A DNA stretch of 64,000 bases from Rhodocyclaceae bacterium (GCA_035444405.1 DAOMOP010000003.1:4423-68422), one strand, 5' to 3'. Counted from the stretch's first letter, positions 17,431-26,986 are shown. Program-made: numbers and translations. Notes: a model not told the origin generated them from the letters alone.

Positions 17431-18846
17431 ATGTCGCGGATTGCCCCTACAGAAGAGCTCAAGCTCATCGAGTCCATCGTCACGGATCACCCGAAGGGGT
17501 TGGGCATATCCGCCATCGAGACCGAGTTCGAGCGTCGTCAGGGCATGAGGCCCAACCGTCGGACGCTGCAGCGTCGCCTGCAAAAGCTCATCGACGCGCG
17601 GCGACTGACGAAGGAAGGCGAGAGCATCGCGCTCGTCTACAAACCGACAGCAGATGCCGAGCGTCGAACCGACGAAGTGAAGGCGCCCGAGGCGGACCTG
17701 TATGTGCCGGTCTCTCCCGAGGGGGCCGCAATCCGGGATCGGATGAGATTGCCGCTGATGCACCGCCAACCGGTCGGTTATCGGCGAGATTTCCTCGAAG
17801 CCTATCAGCCGGGCGCGACATTCTATCTGCCCGAGTCGCTGCGAAGTCAGCTTCACGAAATGGGGCGCACCCCGGTCGGCGAGCGCCCTGCGGGCACCTA
17901 CGCTCGCGAAATCCTTGGCCGCTTGCTGGTGGATCTGTCCTGGGCCTCATCCAGGCTGGAAGGCAACACGTACAGCCGCCTGGATACTCAGAACCTGATC
18001 GAATACGGCCAGGTCGCCCAAGGCAAGGATGCCATTGAGACGCAGATGATCCTCAACCACAAGGCGGCCATCGAGATGCTGATCGAGAACGCCGACGAGG
18101 TAGGCTTCGACCCCTTCACGTTCAAGAACCTCCACTCCGTGCTCTCTCAGGACCTATTGCGCAACCCGGATGCCTGCGGCAGGCTGCGACGACGGCCCGT
18201 TGATATTTCCGGCACCGTGTTTCATCCCCTGGCCATGCCGCAGGCAATCGAAGACTGCTTTGCCCTCCTGCTGGGCAAGACCGCTGCGATCCCGGACCCC
18301 TTCGAGCAGGCGTTCTTCCTCATGGTGCAGCTACCCTACCTGCAGCCATTCGAAGATGTGAACAAGCGGGTGTCGCGAATCGGTGCAAACATCTCGCTAA
18401 TCAAGCACAACCTGTGTCCGTTGTCGTTCATCGACGTCCCCGAACGCGCCTACGTCGAAGGAACGCTGGGCGTCTATGAACTCAACCAGATCGAGCTTCT
18501 GCGGGACGTGTTCGTCTGGGCCTATGAGCGCTCGTGTCAGCGCTACCTGGCCATCAGCCAGACCATGGTCGAACCCGATCCGCTGAAGATCAAGTATCGC
18601 GAAGTCTTGATCCAAGCGGTACAAGCCGTCGTCAAAGGCCTGCAGCCGCCCAATCAAGCGGTGATTGCCCGACTGACCGCAGAAAGCGCACCAGAATCCG
18701 ACCGAGCGGCCTTCGCGGAACTGCTCACTGCGGCCCTCATGCAGTTACATGAAGGCAGCGTCGCCCGCTACCGCCTGCGCCGTTCGGAGTACCTCGCTTG
18801 GCAACCACTTCGTGGAGACGCTTACACCTTTGCCCAACAAAGATGA
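17431..18846 (+). CDS. Fic-family protein with N-terminal wHTH and a degenerate Fic motif
   Basis: ATG 17431 with GGAGG 8 nt upstream. Inhibitory-helix-like SSRLEGN. The Fic core reads QPFEDVNKRVSR instead of HPFx(D/E)GNGRxxR. Confidence 0.8.
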   Translation: MSRIAPTEELKLIESIVTDHPKGLGISAIETEFERRQGMRPNRRTLQRRLQKLIDARRLTKEGESIALVYKPTADAERRTDEVKAPEADLYVPVSPEGAAIRDRMRLPLMHRQPVGYRRDFLEAYQPGATFYLPESLRSQLHEMGRTPVGERPAGTYAREILGRLLVDLSWASSRLEGNTYSRLDTQNLIEYGQVAQGKDAIETQMILNHKAAIEMLIENADEVGFDPFTFKNLHSVLSQDLLRNPDACGRLRRRPVDISGTVFHPLAMPQAIEDCFALLLGKTAAIPDPFEQAFFLMVQLPYLQPFEDVNKRVSRIGANISLIKHNLCPLSFIDVPERAYVEGTLGVYELNQIELLRDVFVWAYERSCQRYLAISQTMVEPDPLKIKYREVLIQAVQAVVKGLQPPNQAVIARLTAESAPESDRAAFAELLTAALMQLHEGSVARYRLRRSEYLAWQPLRGDAYTFAQQR

Positions 18847-19239
18847 ACCGGCGCCGCTGGACACACTCACGCACTCTCGGTCAAGCTGATCTGCGGACCC
18901 GATCCCGACGATCTCGCGCTGATCGCCACCGCGCTGAAGAGCGACCAGGTCTTGGGCTCCCAGGCTGACCGATTATATGGATGTCACGAGTGATGCTGCG
19001 ATTGGCCGGCTTGTCGGTATGTCGCGCACCGCGATGCACCGACACACCACGCGAAACCGCTCAAGAATTGATGAGACGGAAAAGGCGGCAAGAAGCGTCA
19101 CGCGTGATCTTTTTCAGGAAACAGAGCAGCCGCCAGTCGAACATGGCACCGGCGATTGAAACAATGTGCCATGAATAGCCGCGACGATCCTCCACTTTCT
19201 CGCTCCGCTCGCGAGCATTCTACGGATGCCGCGACTCAT

Positions 19240-19337
19240 GGCCCGAAACCGGTGGGTCAAGTTTGGGCCAAACGCTGGCCAGAATGAAAACGGGTCAGGC
19301 CCGCAAAGACCTAACCCATTGAAAAATCTGGCGCGCC
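19240..19337. repeat. Copy B of the ~98-bp direct repeat, abutting and overlapping the tRNA-Arg 3' end
   Basis: Core 19292-19322 GGGTCAGGCCCGCAAAGACCTAACCCATTGA. The last ~9 nt (TGGCGCGCC) are the CCA end and acceptor of the tRNA on the minus strand. Confidence 0.7.
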
Positions 19338-19405
19338 CGGCGCGATTCGAACGCACGACCCCTGCCTTCGGAGGGCAGTACTCTATCCAGCTGAGCTACG
19401 GGCGC
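19329..19405 (-). tRNA. tRNA-Arg (anticodon CCG)
   Basis: Reverse complement reads GCGCCCGTAGCTCAGCTGGATAGAGTACTGCCCTCCGAAGGCAGGGGTCGTGCGTTCGAATCGCGCCGGGCGCGCCA. Acceptor GCGCCCG/CGGGCGC, anticodon stem CTGCC/GGCAG with loop CTCCGAA, T-loop TTCGAAT, encoded CCA. Confidence 0.95.
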
Positions 19406-19511
19406 GGAGGCTGTCGTCGGCCGCGAAGCTGGCCGACGTAAGGCGCGAAAGCATATACCGGTTTGTGCGGCAAGTCCATGCCGCTACGGAACAAAAAAAT
19501 CCGCGCGCGGC

Positions 19512-19517
19512 TATAAT
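19512..19517 (+). promoter_or_regulatory. Perfect TATAAT -10 hexamer ~40 nt upstream of the cytochrome c gene
   Basis: ggcTATAATcgc read directly. No convincing -35 element. Confidence 0.3.
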
Positions 19518-19556
19518 CGCGGTTTTCGCCTCGGCCAGTCAAAAAAAGGATTCAGC

Positions 19557-20015
19557 ATGTCGAAGACCCGTGTCCAGCTTGCCGCCCCGCGGCATCCCCG
19601 CCTCGCCCTGTCCGTCGTCGCCATCCTCGCTGCCGTCATGTTGAGCGCATGCGGCAAGTCGAACGACGTCGATCCGGAAACGACCGCGAGGCTGATCCAG
19701 CCGGTCGCACGCGTCGAGATCGCGCGCGAAGAGGTCAAGCCGGGCGCACGCACGGGCGAGCAGATCTACCAGGCCATCTGTACCGGCTGCCATGCCGCCG
19801 GCCTGCTCGAGGCACCCAAGACCGGCGACGCCGGCGACTGGGCGCCGCGCCTGGCCAAGGGCCTGGAGGCCAACGTCGCCTCGGCGATCAACGGCCTCGG
19901 CGCGATGCCGCCGCGCGGCGGTGGCGCCGACCTGACCGATACCGAAGTCGAGCGCGCCGTGGTGTACCTGCTCAACAGTGCCGGCGGCAACTTCACCGAG
20001 CCGCCGGTCGAGTAA
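19557..20015 (+). CDS. Cytochrome c5-family lipoprotein (monohaem c-type cytochrome)
   Basis: CxxCH (CTGCH), distal Met region (GLGAMPPRGG), lipobox LSAC, AAAGGA upstream of the ATG. Confidence 0.85.
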   Translation: MSKTRVQLAAPRHPRLALSVVAILAAVMLSACGKSNDVDPETTARLIQPVARVEIAREEVKPGARTGEQIYQAICTGCHAAGLLEAPKTGDAGDWAPRLAKGLEANVASAINGLGAMPPRGGGADLTDTEVERAVVYLLNSAGGNFTEPPVE

Positions 20016-20037
20016 AGCCGGCGCGAACTGCGACATC

Positions 20038-20070
20038 GGGGGTGGCCGCGGCCGCCCCTTTTTTGTTGTT
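20038..20070 (+). terminator. Rho-independent terminator after the cytochrome c gene
   Basis: GC-rich hairpin GGGGGTGGCCGCGGCCGCCCC followed by TTTTTTGTTGTT. Confidence 0.7.
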
Positions 20071-20117
20071 GCGCGATGCGGCGGCATGACGCCGGCGGCG
20101 CGCCGTCGGACGACCGC

Positions 20118-20471
20118 CTAGACCTGCTCGACCGGCCCGTGATCGTCGCAGTGATCGCCGTGCGGGTGGTGCAGGTGCCCGTCGACGAGATAGTCGATGT
20201 GGTCGCCGTGCGGCACTGCCTCGTGGCCGCAGCCGGGTCCATGCACGTGCCCGGGCGCGTGTCCATTGCATCGATGTTGCGGCGTGCATACGTCCGGATT
20301 CTTCGCGCCGACTTCGAGCACGTGCTCGTCGACATGATCGCCGTGCGGATGATGAAGATGCCCGTCGTGCAGGTAATCCACGTGGCCGGCGTGCCGAATC
20401 GCCGTGTGGCCGCAGCCGGGTCCGTGCTCGTGCTTGTGGCCGGCGTGGTGGGGTGCGTTGCAGGTGGCCAT
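20118..20471 (-). CDS. His/Cys-rich metal-binding-like protein with an internal tandem duplication
   Basis: Second ATG (20471) sits 7 nt after AAGGAGA; 20477 is an alternative. Two ~45-aa repeats share HGPGCGH..(A/V)..H.(G/D)H(V/I)DYL.DGHLHHPHGDH.D(E/D)H. Confidence 0.65.
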   Translation of the reverse strand: MATCNAPHHAGHKHEHGPGCGHTAIRHAGHVDYLHDGHLHHPHGDHVDEHVLEVGAKNPDVCTPQHRCNGHAPGHVHGPGCGHEAVPHGDHIDYLVDGHLHHPHGDHCDDHGPVEQV

Positions 20472-20717
20472 GCGCATTCTCCTTCGTGTCGGACGAGGCC
20501 ATCACCCGCGGTTCGCCGGTGTGGCAAAGCGCAGCCGGCGACGGCCTTGCCCATGCCCGCCCGAGCGGACAGGCTGCCGCCCGGAGCCGCCATGCAGGGC
20601 CCGGGCCCGTAGTCTCATCATAGTTCACGGCCCTGCTCCGGCCCGAAGCGCCCGCGGCACCATGCTATGGTTGAGGCAAGGGCGCCGCGTCGCGCCGGCG
20701 TCGTCACCGACCCCGTC

Positions 20718-22328
20718 ATGCCTTGTTGCCCGCGTCACCATCGCTGCCGCTTCGTCCTGCTGCCATTCGCGATCTGCGTGTCGCTGCTGCTGCTCGCGGC
20801 GTGCGCGCCGGCCGGCGGCGAGCGGCCCGACGACGTCCTCGTGATCGGCCAGACCGCCGAGCCGAAGTCGCTCGATCCGCATGTCGCGACCTCGCTCAAC
20901 GACTTCCGCATCCTCGTGAACCTCTATGAGGGGCTGGTGCGCTTTCGCGACGGCACGCTCGAGCCCGAACCGGCCCTCGCGCGCGCGTGGACGATCAGCG
21001 ACGATGGCCTGCGCTACACCTTCCACCTGCGCGAGGGCGTGCGCTTTCACGACGGCAGCGCCTTCGATGCCGAGGCGGTGCGCTTCAACTTCGCGCGCAT
21101 GCTCGACGGCGCGCACCCGTTCGCCTTCACCGGCCCGTTTCCGCTCGCGTTCTTCTTCGATCGCATCGCGTCGGTCGAAGTGATCGATGCGCACACGGTC
21201 GCGTTCCACCTCACCGAGCCGTTCGCGCCGCTGCTCGCCAACCTCGCCTACCCGACCGGCCTGATCGTGTCGCCCGAAGCGGTGCGCCGCCACGGCGGCG
21301 ATTTCGGCCGCCATCCGGCCGGCACCGGGCGCTTTCGCTTCGTCGAATGGGCGCCGCGCACGCGGGTCGTGCTCGAGCGCAATCCGGACTACCACGGCGC
21401 GCCGGCGCGTGCGCGCGTGCTGGTGTTCCGCCCGCTCACCGACGCGATGACCCGGGTGGCCGAGCTGATGGCCGGCGGCGTCGATCTCGTCACCGAGCTC
21501 TCGCCGGACAACGTCGCGCAGCTGCGCGGTGACCCGCGCTTCGCCGTGCACGAGGCGACCGGGCCGCACCTGTGGTTTCTGATCCTCAACACGCGCGAAG
21601 GCCCGTTTCGCGACCGCCGCGTGCGCCAGGCCGTGAACTACGCGATCGACAAGCAGGCGCTGGTCGCGAACGTGCTGCAGCACACCGCGACGGTCGCCGC
21701 CGGCCCGGTGCCGGCCGCGTTCGGCTGGGCCCACGACGACGCGCTGGCGCCGTATCCGCACGACCCCGCGCGCGCCCGCGCGCTGCTCGCCGAGGCCGGC
21801 TTCGACGGCGGTCTCACGGTGACGCTGCTCGCGCCGACCGGCGGCGCCGGCATGCTCGCGCCGGTGCAGATGGCCGCGGCGATCCAGGCCGACCTCGCCG
21901 CGGTCGGCATCGACGTGCGCATCAAGACCTTCGAGTGGAACGCCTATCTGGCGCGCGTGAATGCCGGCCTCGCCGGCCGCGGCGACATGGCGCAGATGGC
22001 GTGGATGACCAACGATCCGGACACCTTGCCGCATCTCGCGCTGCACAGCCGCGCGTGGCCCGAGCACGGCGGCTTCAATTCCGGTTATTACGCGAACGCG
22101 CGCGTCGATCGGCTGATCGAGCGCGCCCGCGCCGCGACCGACCGCAGCGAACGCGCGCGCCTCTACCGCGCGCTGCAGCGCGTGGTCCACGACGACGCAC
22201 CGTGGGTCTTCGTCGCCAGCTGGCGCCAAAGCGCGGTGGCGACGCGGCGGCTTGCCGGCTTCTCGCTGCAGCCGTCGTTCTTCCTGCTGCTCGGCGACGC
22301 GCGCCTCGAAGCGGAGCCGCCCCCGTGA
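20718..22328 (+). CDS. ABC transporter substrate-binding lipoprotein, family 5 (peptide/nickel type)
   Basis: ATG 20718 gives a lipoprotein signal (...LLLLAACAPAGG); the track start 20667 is possible. DppA/NikA-like body. Confidence 0.85.
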   Translation: MPCCPRHHRCRFVLLPFAICVSLLLLAACAPAGGERPDDVLVIGQTAEPKSLDPHVATSLNDFRILVNLYEGLVRFRDGTLEPEPALARAWTISDDGLRYTFHLREGVRFHDGSAFDAEAVRFNFARMLDGAHPFAFTGPFPLAFFFDRIASVEVIDAHTVAFHLTEPFAPLLANLAYPTGLIVSPEAVRRHGGDFGRHPAGTGRFRFVEWAPRTRVVLERNPDYHGAPARARVLVFRPLTDAMTRVAELMAGGVDLVTELSPDNVAQLRGDPRFAVHEATGPHLWFLILNTREGPFRDRRVRQAVNYAIDKQALVANVLQHTATVAAGPVPAAFGWAHDDALAPYPHDPARARALLAEAGFDGGLTVTLLAPTGGAGMLAPVQMAAAIQADLAAVGIDVRIKTFEWNAYLARVNAGLAGRGDMAQMAWMTNDPDTLPHLALHSRAWPEHGGFNSGYYANARVDRLIERARAATDRSERARLYRALQRVVHDDAPWVFVASWRQSAVATRRLAGFSLQPSFFLLLGDARLEAEPPP

Positions 22329-23290
22329 GCGCCTACGTCGCACGCCGCCTGCTGCAGCTCGTGCCGGTGCTGTTCGGCATCTCGCTGGTGGTGTTCCTGA
22401 TCATGGCGCTGCTGCCCGGCGACCCGGCGCTGGCGATCCTCGGCCCTTACGCGACCGCCGACTCGCTCGCCGCACTGCGTGCCGAGCTCGGCCTCGACGC
22501 GCCGCTGTGGCAGCGCTTCGCGACCTGGCTCGGCAACGTCGTGCACGGCGATCTGGGCCGTTCGGTCACGTTGCAGCGCCCGGTCGCCGACGAGATCGCC
22601 GAGCGCATCGGCCCGACGCTGCTGCTCGCCGGCACCGCGCTGCTCGCTGCGGTCGTGCTGGGTCTGGCCGCCGGGTTCGCCGCCGCCGCGCATGCCGGGC
22701 GCTGGCCCGACCGCGTGCTGACGCTGCTCGTGCTGGTCGGCATCTCGACGCCGCAGTTCTGGCTCGGGCTGATCTTCATCCTGTTGTTCGCGGTGTGGCT
22801 GGGCTGGTTTCCGGTCAGCGGCATGGTGGCGGCGTGGGGCGGGGGCGGCGTCGCCGACGTGCTGCACCACCTCGCGCTGCCGGCGGCCAGCCTCGCCGTG
22901 GTCGTGGCCGGCGTGCTCGCGCGGCTCGCGCGCACGATGACACTCGAGGAGCTCGCGCAGGACTACGTGCACATGGCGCGCGCCCGCGGCCTGCCCGAGC
23001 GCACCGTGCTGTGCCGCCATGCGCTGCCGAACGTGCTCGGCAAGCTGATGCCGGTGATCGGGCTGCAGGCCGGCTTCGTGCTCGGCGGCGCGGTGTATAT
23101 CGAAACGGTATTCCAGTGGCCGGGCATCGGGCGCATGCTCGTCGATGCGATCTCGACGCGCGACCTGCTGCTGGTGCAGGGCGGCGTGCTGGTGATCGCG
23201 TCGGCCTACGTGCTCGTCAATCTCGCCGCCGACATCGCCCAGCACTGGCTCGATCCGCGCATCCGCCCGGCGCGGCGGGGCGGGCGGTGA
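22325..23290 (+). CDS. ABC transporter permease (DppB/OppB-like)
   Basis: GTG 22325 in a GTGA overlap with the binding-protein stop. N-terminus YVARRLLQLVPVLFGISLVVFLIM is typical. Confidence 0.85.
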   Translation: MSAYVARRLLQLVPVLFGISLVVFLIMALLPGDPALAILGPYATADSLAALRAELGLDAPLWQRFATWLGNVVHGDLGRSVTLQRPVADEIAERIGPTLLLAGTALLAAVVLGLAAGFAAAAHAGRWPDRVLTLLVLVGISTPQFWLGLIFILLFAVWLGWFPVSGMVAAWGGGGVADVLHHLALPAASLAVVVAGVLARLARTMTLEELAQDYVHMARARGLPERTVLCRHALPNVLGKLMPVIGLQAGFVLGGAVYIETVFQWPGIGRMLVDAISTRDLLLVQGGVLVIASAYVLVNLAADIAQHWLDPRIRPARRGGR

Positions 23291-25269
23291 GCGGCAACCG
23301 GCTCGCGTGGTCCGGCGCGGCGCTGGTCGCCGCGCTCGTTGCCGTCGCGCTCGCCGCGCCGCTGCTGCCACTGGCCGATCCGCACGCGACGGATCTGGCC
23401 GCGCGCATGCGCCCGATCGCGAGTCCCGACCACCCGCTCGGCACCGACCACCTCGGCCGCGACACGCTCGCACGCCTGGTCTGGGGCACGCGCACGAGCC
23501 TCGCGGTGGGCGTCTTCGCGGTGTCGGTGGCCGCGCTCATCGGCACCGCGATCGGGCTCGTCGCCGGCTATCTGCGCGGCTGGTCGGACACGCTCTTGAT
23601 GCGCAGCATCGACGTGCTGCTGGCCTTCCCGTACCTGCTGCTCGCGCTCGCGATCGTCGCCGTGCTCGGGCCCGGCCTCGTCAACGCGATGATCGCGGTC
23701 GCCGTCGTCAACATCCCGTTCTTTGCGCGCACGGTGCGCGGCACCGTGCTCGAGCTCGCCGAACGCGGCTTCGTCGACGCGGCGCGCATTGGCGGCGCCG
23801 GCCACGTGCGCATCCTGGTGCGCGAGTTGCTGCCGAACGTGCTCCCGGTGGTCGTGATCATGATGTCGACGAACCTCGGCTGGATGATTCTCGAGACCGC
23901 CGGCCTGAGCTTCCTCGGTCTCGGCGCGCAGCCGCCCGCCGCGGATCTGGGCAGCATGCTCGGCGCCGGCCGCGAATTCCTGACCACGGTGCCGCGCCAG
24001 GCAATCCTGCCGGGCGTCGTGATCATGCTGCTGGTGGTTGGCATCAACCTCGCCGGCGACGGCCTGCGCGACGCGCTCGACCCACGACGGCGCGGTGCCG
24101 GCGAGACCGCCGCGGGCGGGGCTTCGGTGCCGGTGCCGGTGCCGGTGAAGGTGCCGGCAGCAGCGACGCACGGAAGCGCCGGCCGGGCGACCCACACCGG
24201 CGCTGCCGCCACCGCCGACGCCGCGATCGGACCTGACGACCCCGCCGCGGCGGTGTCCGCAACGGCCTCGGGCGGCGCCGCTCTCGGCCCGCCGGCCGCC
24301 GCGCTGCTGCGCGTGACCGCCCTGTCGACGCACTTTCACCTCGACGGCCGCATTCATCGCGCCGTCGACGACGTCTCATTCGCGCTCGCGCCCGGCGAGC
24401 GCGTCGCGATCGTCGGCGAGTCGGGCTGCGGCAAGACCGTGCTCGCGCTGTCGCTGCTCGGCCTCGTGCCGCCGGCCGCGCGCATCGTCGCCGGACACAT
24501 CGAGTTCGACGGCGAGGCGCTGCTGTGCGCGCCCGCCGAGCGCCGCCGCCGGCTGCGCGGCGACCGCATCGCGTACGTGCCGCAGGATCCGATGGGTGCG
24601 CTCAATCCGGTGCTGACGGTCGGCGCGCAGCTGGTCGAGACGATGCGCGCGCACCGCACCATCGACCGCGCGGACGCACGGATCCGCGCGGCGCAGCTGC
24701 TCGAGCAGGTGCGCATCCCGCACCCGGCCGCCCGGCTCGCCGCCTACCCGCACGAGCTCTCCGGCGGCATGCGCCAGCGCGTGCTGATCGCGATGGCGCT
24801 CGCCAACGACCCCGCGCTGATCATCGCCGACGAGCCGACCACCGCGCTCGACGTGACCGTGCAGACCGAGATCCTGAGACTGATCGGCACGCTGTGCGAT
24901 CAGCGCGGCACCGCGCTGCTGCTGATCAGCCACGATCTCGGCGCCGTCGCGCGGCTGGCCGGGCGCGCGCTGGTGCTGTATGCGGGCCGCGTCGTCGAGG
25001 AAGGCCCGCTCGACGCGCTGCTCGCGCAGCCCGCCCACCCCTATACACGCGCGCTGCTCGCCTGCGCGCCCGAGCTCGGACGCCCCGACAAGGCGATCGC
25101 GCCGATCGCCGGCCAGCCGCCGCCGCTCGACGCGCTGCCGGCCGGCTGCCATTTCGCGCCGCGCTGCGAACACGTGCGCCCCGCCTGCCGCGCCGACTCG
25201 ATCCCGCTGCGCCCGTTCGGCGCGTCACGGCGCGTGCGCTGCGTGCGCGCCGAGGAGCTCGCGCGATGA
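23287..25269 (+). CDS. Fused ABC permease (DppC-like) and ATPase (DppD-like) joined by a low-complexity Ala/Pro linker
   Basis: GTG 23287 in a GTGA overlap. Permease part to ...[13 protein letters not shown]. Linker ...[10 protein letters not shown]... ATPase has [16 protein letters not shown] and [11 protein letters not shown] in the same frame with no stop. Confidence 0.8.
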   Translation: MSGNRLAWSGAALVAALVAVALAAPLLPLADPHATDLAARMRPIASPDHPLGTDHLGRDTLARLVWGTRTSLAVGVFAVSVAALIGTAIGLVAGYLRGWSDTLLMRSIDVLLAFPYLLLALAIVAVLGPGLVNAMIAVAVVNIPFFARTVRGTVLELAERGFVDAARIGGAGHVRILVRELLPNVLPVVVIMMSTNLGWMILETAGLSFLGLGAQPPAADLGSMLGAGREFLTTVPRQAILPGVVIMLLVVGINLAGDGLRDALDPRRRGAGETAAGGASVPVPVPVKVPAAATHGSAGRATHTGAAATADAAIGPDDPAAAVSATASGGAALGPPAAALLRVTALSTHFHLDGRIHRAVDDVSFALAPGERVAIVGESGCGKTVLALSLLGLVPPAARIVAGHIEFDGEALLCAPAERRRRLRGDRIAYVPQDPMGALNPVLTVGAQLVETMRAHRTIDRADARIRAAQLLEQVRIPHPAARLAAYPHELSGGMRQRVLIAMALANDPALIIADEPTTALDVTVQTEILRLIGTLCDQRGTALLLISHDLGAVARLAGRALVLYAGRVVEEGPLDALLAQPAHPYTRALLACAPELGRPDKAIAPIAGQPPPLDALPAGCHFAPRCEHVRPACRADSIPLRPFGASRRVRCVRAEELAR

Positions 25270-26177
25270 GCGCGGGTCGGGCGCAAGCCCCGTGCGAGCG
25301 GACCGGGTCGGCGACACGAGGGTCTGCGGAACGGCACGCGCCGGCGGCGCGCGACGAGGCGGCCTTGCCGTTCGAGGCGGGAGGCGTCACGACGCTGATC
25401 GAGGCGCGCGACCTCACGAAGGCGTTCGTGCGCGGGTCGCGCTGGTGGCCCGGCGGGAAACGCCGCACGCACGCGCTCGACGGCGTGTCGCTCGCGCTCG
25501 CGCGCGGCGCGAGCCTCGGCGTGGTCGGCGAATCGGGCTGCGGCAAATCGACGCTCGCGCGCATCCTGATCGGTCTCGATGCACCGAGCGCCGGGGCGGT
25601 GCTGTGGGAAGGCCGCGCGACCGCGCGCTTCACGCGCGCCGACTGGCGCCGTTACTGGCGCACGGTGCAGTACGTGTTCCAGGACGCACGCAGCGCGCTG
25701 AACCCGCGCCACACGATCGGCACCATCGTCGAGGCGCCGCTCGCGACGATGCTCGGGCTGTCGCGCGCGGAGCGGGCGCGGCGCGTGGCCGCGCTGCTCG
25801 AGCAGGTCGGCCTCGCGCCCGCGTTTCGCGACCGCTATCCGCACGAGCTCTCGGGCGGGCAGGCGCAGCGCATCGTGCTCGCGCGCGCGCTCGCGGTCGA
25901 GCCCGAGGTACTGATCCTCGACGAGCCTGTGTCCGCGCTCGACGTGTCGATCCAGGCGCAAGTGCTCGCCCTGCTCGCCGAGCTGCGCGACCGGCTCGTG
26001 CTGACCTATCTGTTCATCTCGCACGATCTGGCCGTCGTCGAGCAGCTGTGCCGCGACGTCGTCGTGATGAAGGACGGCCGCATCGTCGAGCGCGGCCGCC
26101 TCGACGCGGTGTTCCGCGCGCCGCAGGCGGACTACACGAAAACGCTGCTCGCGGCCGCGCGCGGCGCTGCAGCGTAA
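25266..26177 (+). CDS. ABC transporter ATP-binding protein (DppF/OppF-like)
   Basis: ATG 25266 in an ATGA overlap. GESGCGKST, LSGGQAQR, ILDEPVSALD. Confidence 0.85.
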   Translation: MSAGRAQAPCERTGSATRGSAERHAPAARDEAALPFEAGGVTTLIEARDLTKAFVRGSRWWPGGKRRTHALDGVSLALARGASLGVVGESGCGKSTLARILIGLDAPSAGAVLWEGRATARFTRADWRRYWRTVQYVFQDARSALNPRHTIGTIVEAPLATMLGLSRAERARRVAALLEQVGLAPAFRDRYPHELSGGQAQRIVLARALAVEPEVLILDEPVSALDVSIQAQVLALLAELRDRLVLTYLFISHDLAVVEQLCRDVVVMKDGRIVERGRLDAVFRAPQADYTKTLLAAARGAAA

Positions 26178-26287
26178 TGGCCTGCCTCACCTTCCGAGCC
26201 GGACAAACACGCCAGGAAGACATTGCAAATCCGGGGGCAAAGTAGTAACGTACCTACATCATTGATTCTGAGTGGGGGGGTATTCTC

Positions 26288-26542
26288 GTGGCCATTACGA
26301 CCCTGTCCAGTCGCGATCTCAACCAGGACGTGACCCGCGCGAAGAGGGCCGCCGAGCATGGCCCCGTGTTCATCACGGACCGTGGCAAGCCGGCACACGT
26401 GCTGCTGACCTTCGAGGAATACCAGCGGCTCACCCGGCAACGGCGCAACATCGCCGATGCGCTGGCGATGCCGGGAATCGAGGACATCGAATTCGAGCCG
26501 CCGCGCGTGAGCATCGAGATCCGGCCGGCTGACCTCTCATGA
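26288..26542 (+). CDS. Type II antitoxin, Phd/YefM family
   Basis: GTG 26288. GPVFITDRGKPAHVLLTFEEYQRL is typical. Overlaps the PIN gene start. Confidence 0.8.
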   Translation: MAITTLSSRDLNQDVTRAKRAAEHGPVFITDRGKPAHVLLTFEEYQRLTRQRRNIADALAMPGIEDIEFEPPRVSIEIRPADLS

Positions 26543-26961
26543 TGTTCGTGCTCGATACCAACGTGGTGTCGGAGCTGCGGAAGGTGCGCGCCGGCAAGGC
26601 CGATCCCAACGTCGCGGCCTGGGCGGAAAGCGTCGATGCGGCCGACCTCTTCGTCTCGGCCGTCACCATCATGGAGCTGGAAATCGGTGTCTTGCAGATC
26701 GAGCGGCGAGACGCCGGACAGGGCGCAATGATGCGCGCCTGGCTGGATCACCACGTATTGCCGGAATTCTCCGGGCGCGTGCTGCCGATCGATGCCGCCG
26801 TGGCGCAGCGCTGCGCCCGGCTGCATGTGCCGGATCGGCGCTCCGAGCGTGACGCGCTGATCGCCGCGACCGCGATCACGCATGGAATGACCGTGGTGAC
26901 GCGGAACGTGGCCGATTTCGAACCGACCGACGCTCTCGTACTGAACCCATGGACCGATTGA
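26539..26961 (+). CDS. vapC: Type II toxin, PIN domain (VapC/FitB-like)
   Basis: MFVLDTNVVSE..., conserved acidic residues (D, E, D...), C-terminal THGMTVVTRNVADF. Confidence 0.85.
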   Translation: MMFVLDTNVVSELRKVRAGKADPNVAAWAESVDAADLFVSAVTIMELEIGVLQIERRDAGQGAMMRAWLDHHVLPEFSGRVLPIDAAVAQRCARLHVPDRRSERDALIAATAITHGMTVVTRNVADFEPTDALVLNPWTD

Positions 26962-26986
26962 TCGACGCACGCCGTGCCGGCCCGGA

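Larger units (their letters stand above)
16509..19337. mobile_element. Candidate decayed integrative islet at the 3' end of tRNA-Arg (Fic gene plus non-coding debris, no integrase)
   Basis: Bounded by the two direct repeats. Copy B runs ~9 nt into the tRNA 3' end. The interior has only one convincing CDS. Confidence 0.35.

Noticed and set aside
17254-17856. 200-aa minus ORF overlapping the Fic gene start
   Set aside because: It lies antisense to a well-supported gene and has no motifs.
18977-19159. 60-aa ORF with an HTH-like stretch (IGRLVGMSRTAMHRH) between the Fic gene and repeat copy B
   Set aside because: Too short, with no SD and no recognisable family. It could be a remnant of an islet regulator but cannot be supported.
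19114-19356. 80-aa minus ORF spanning repeat copy B and the tRNA end; the similar frame in copy A (16428..16757) translates to a related peptide (NGLG(F/L)CGP...)
   Set aside because: The peptide similarity simply reflects the nucleotide repeat. The ORF overlaps the tRNA gene and has no start context.
20625-22343. 572-aa minus ORF, plus 21572..23290, 22163..23473, 23206..24357, 24376..25173 and 25041..26024, overlapping ABC importer 1
   Set aside because: Shadow ORFs. Only the segment of 21572..23290 from GTG 22325 onward is the real permease.
22252-25269. 1005-aa ORF taken at face value
   Set aside because: The first 345 codons are an out-of-frame overlap with the preceding permease gene (Arg/Ala junk). 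The real gene starts at GTG 23287.
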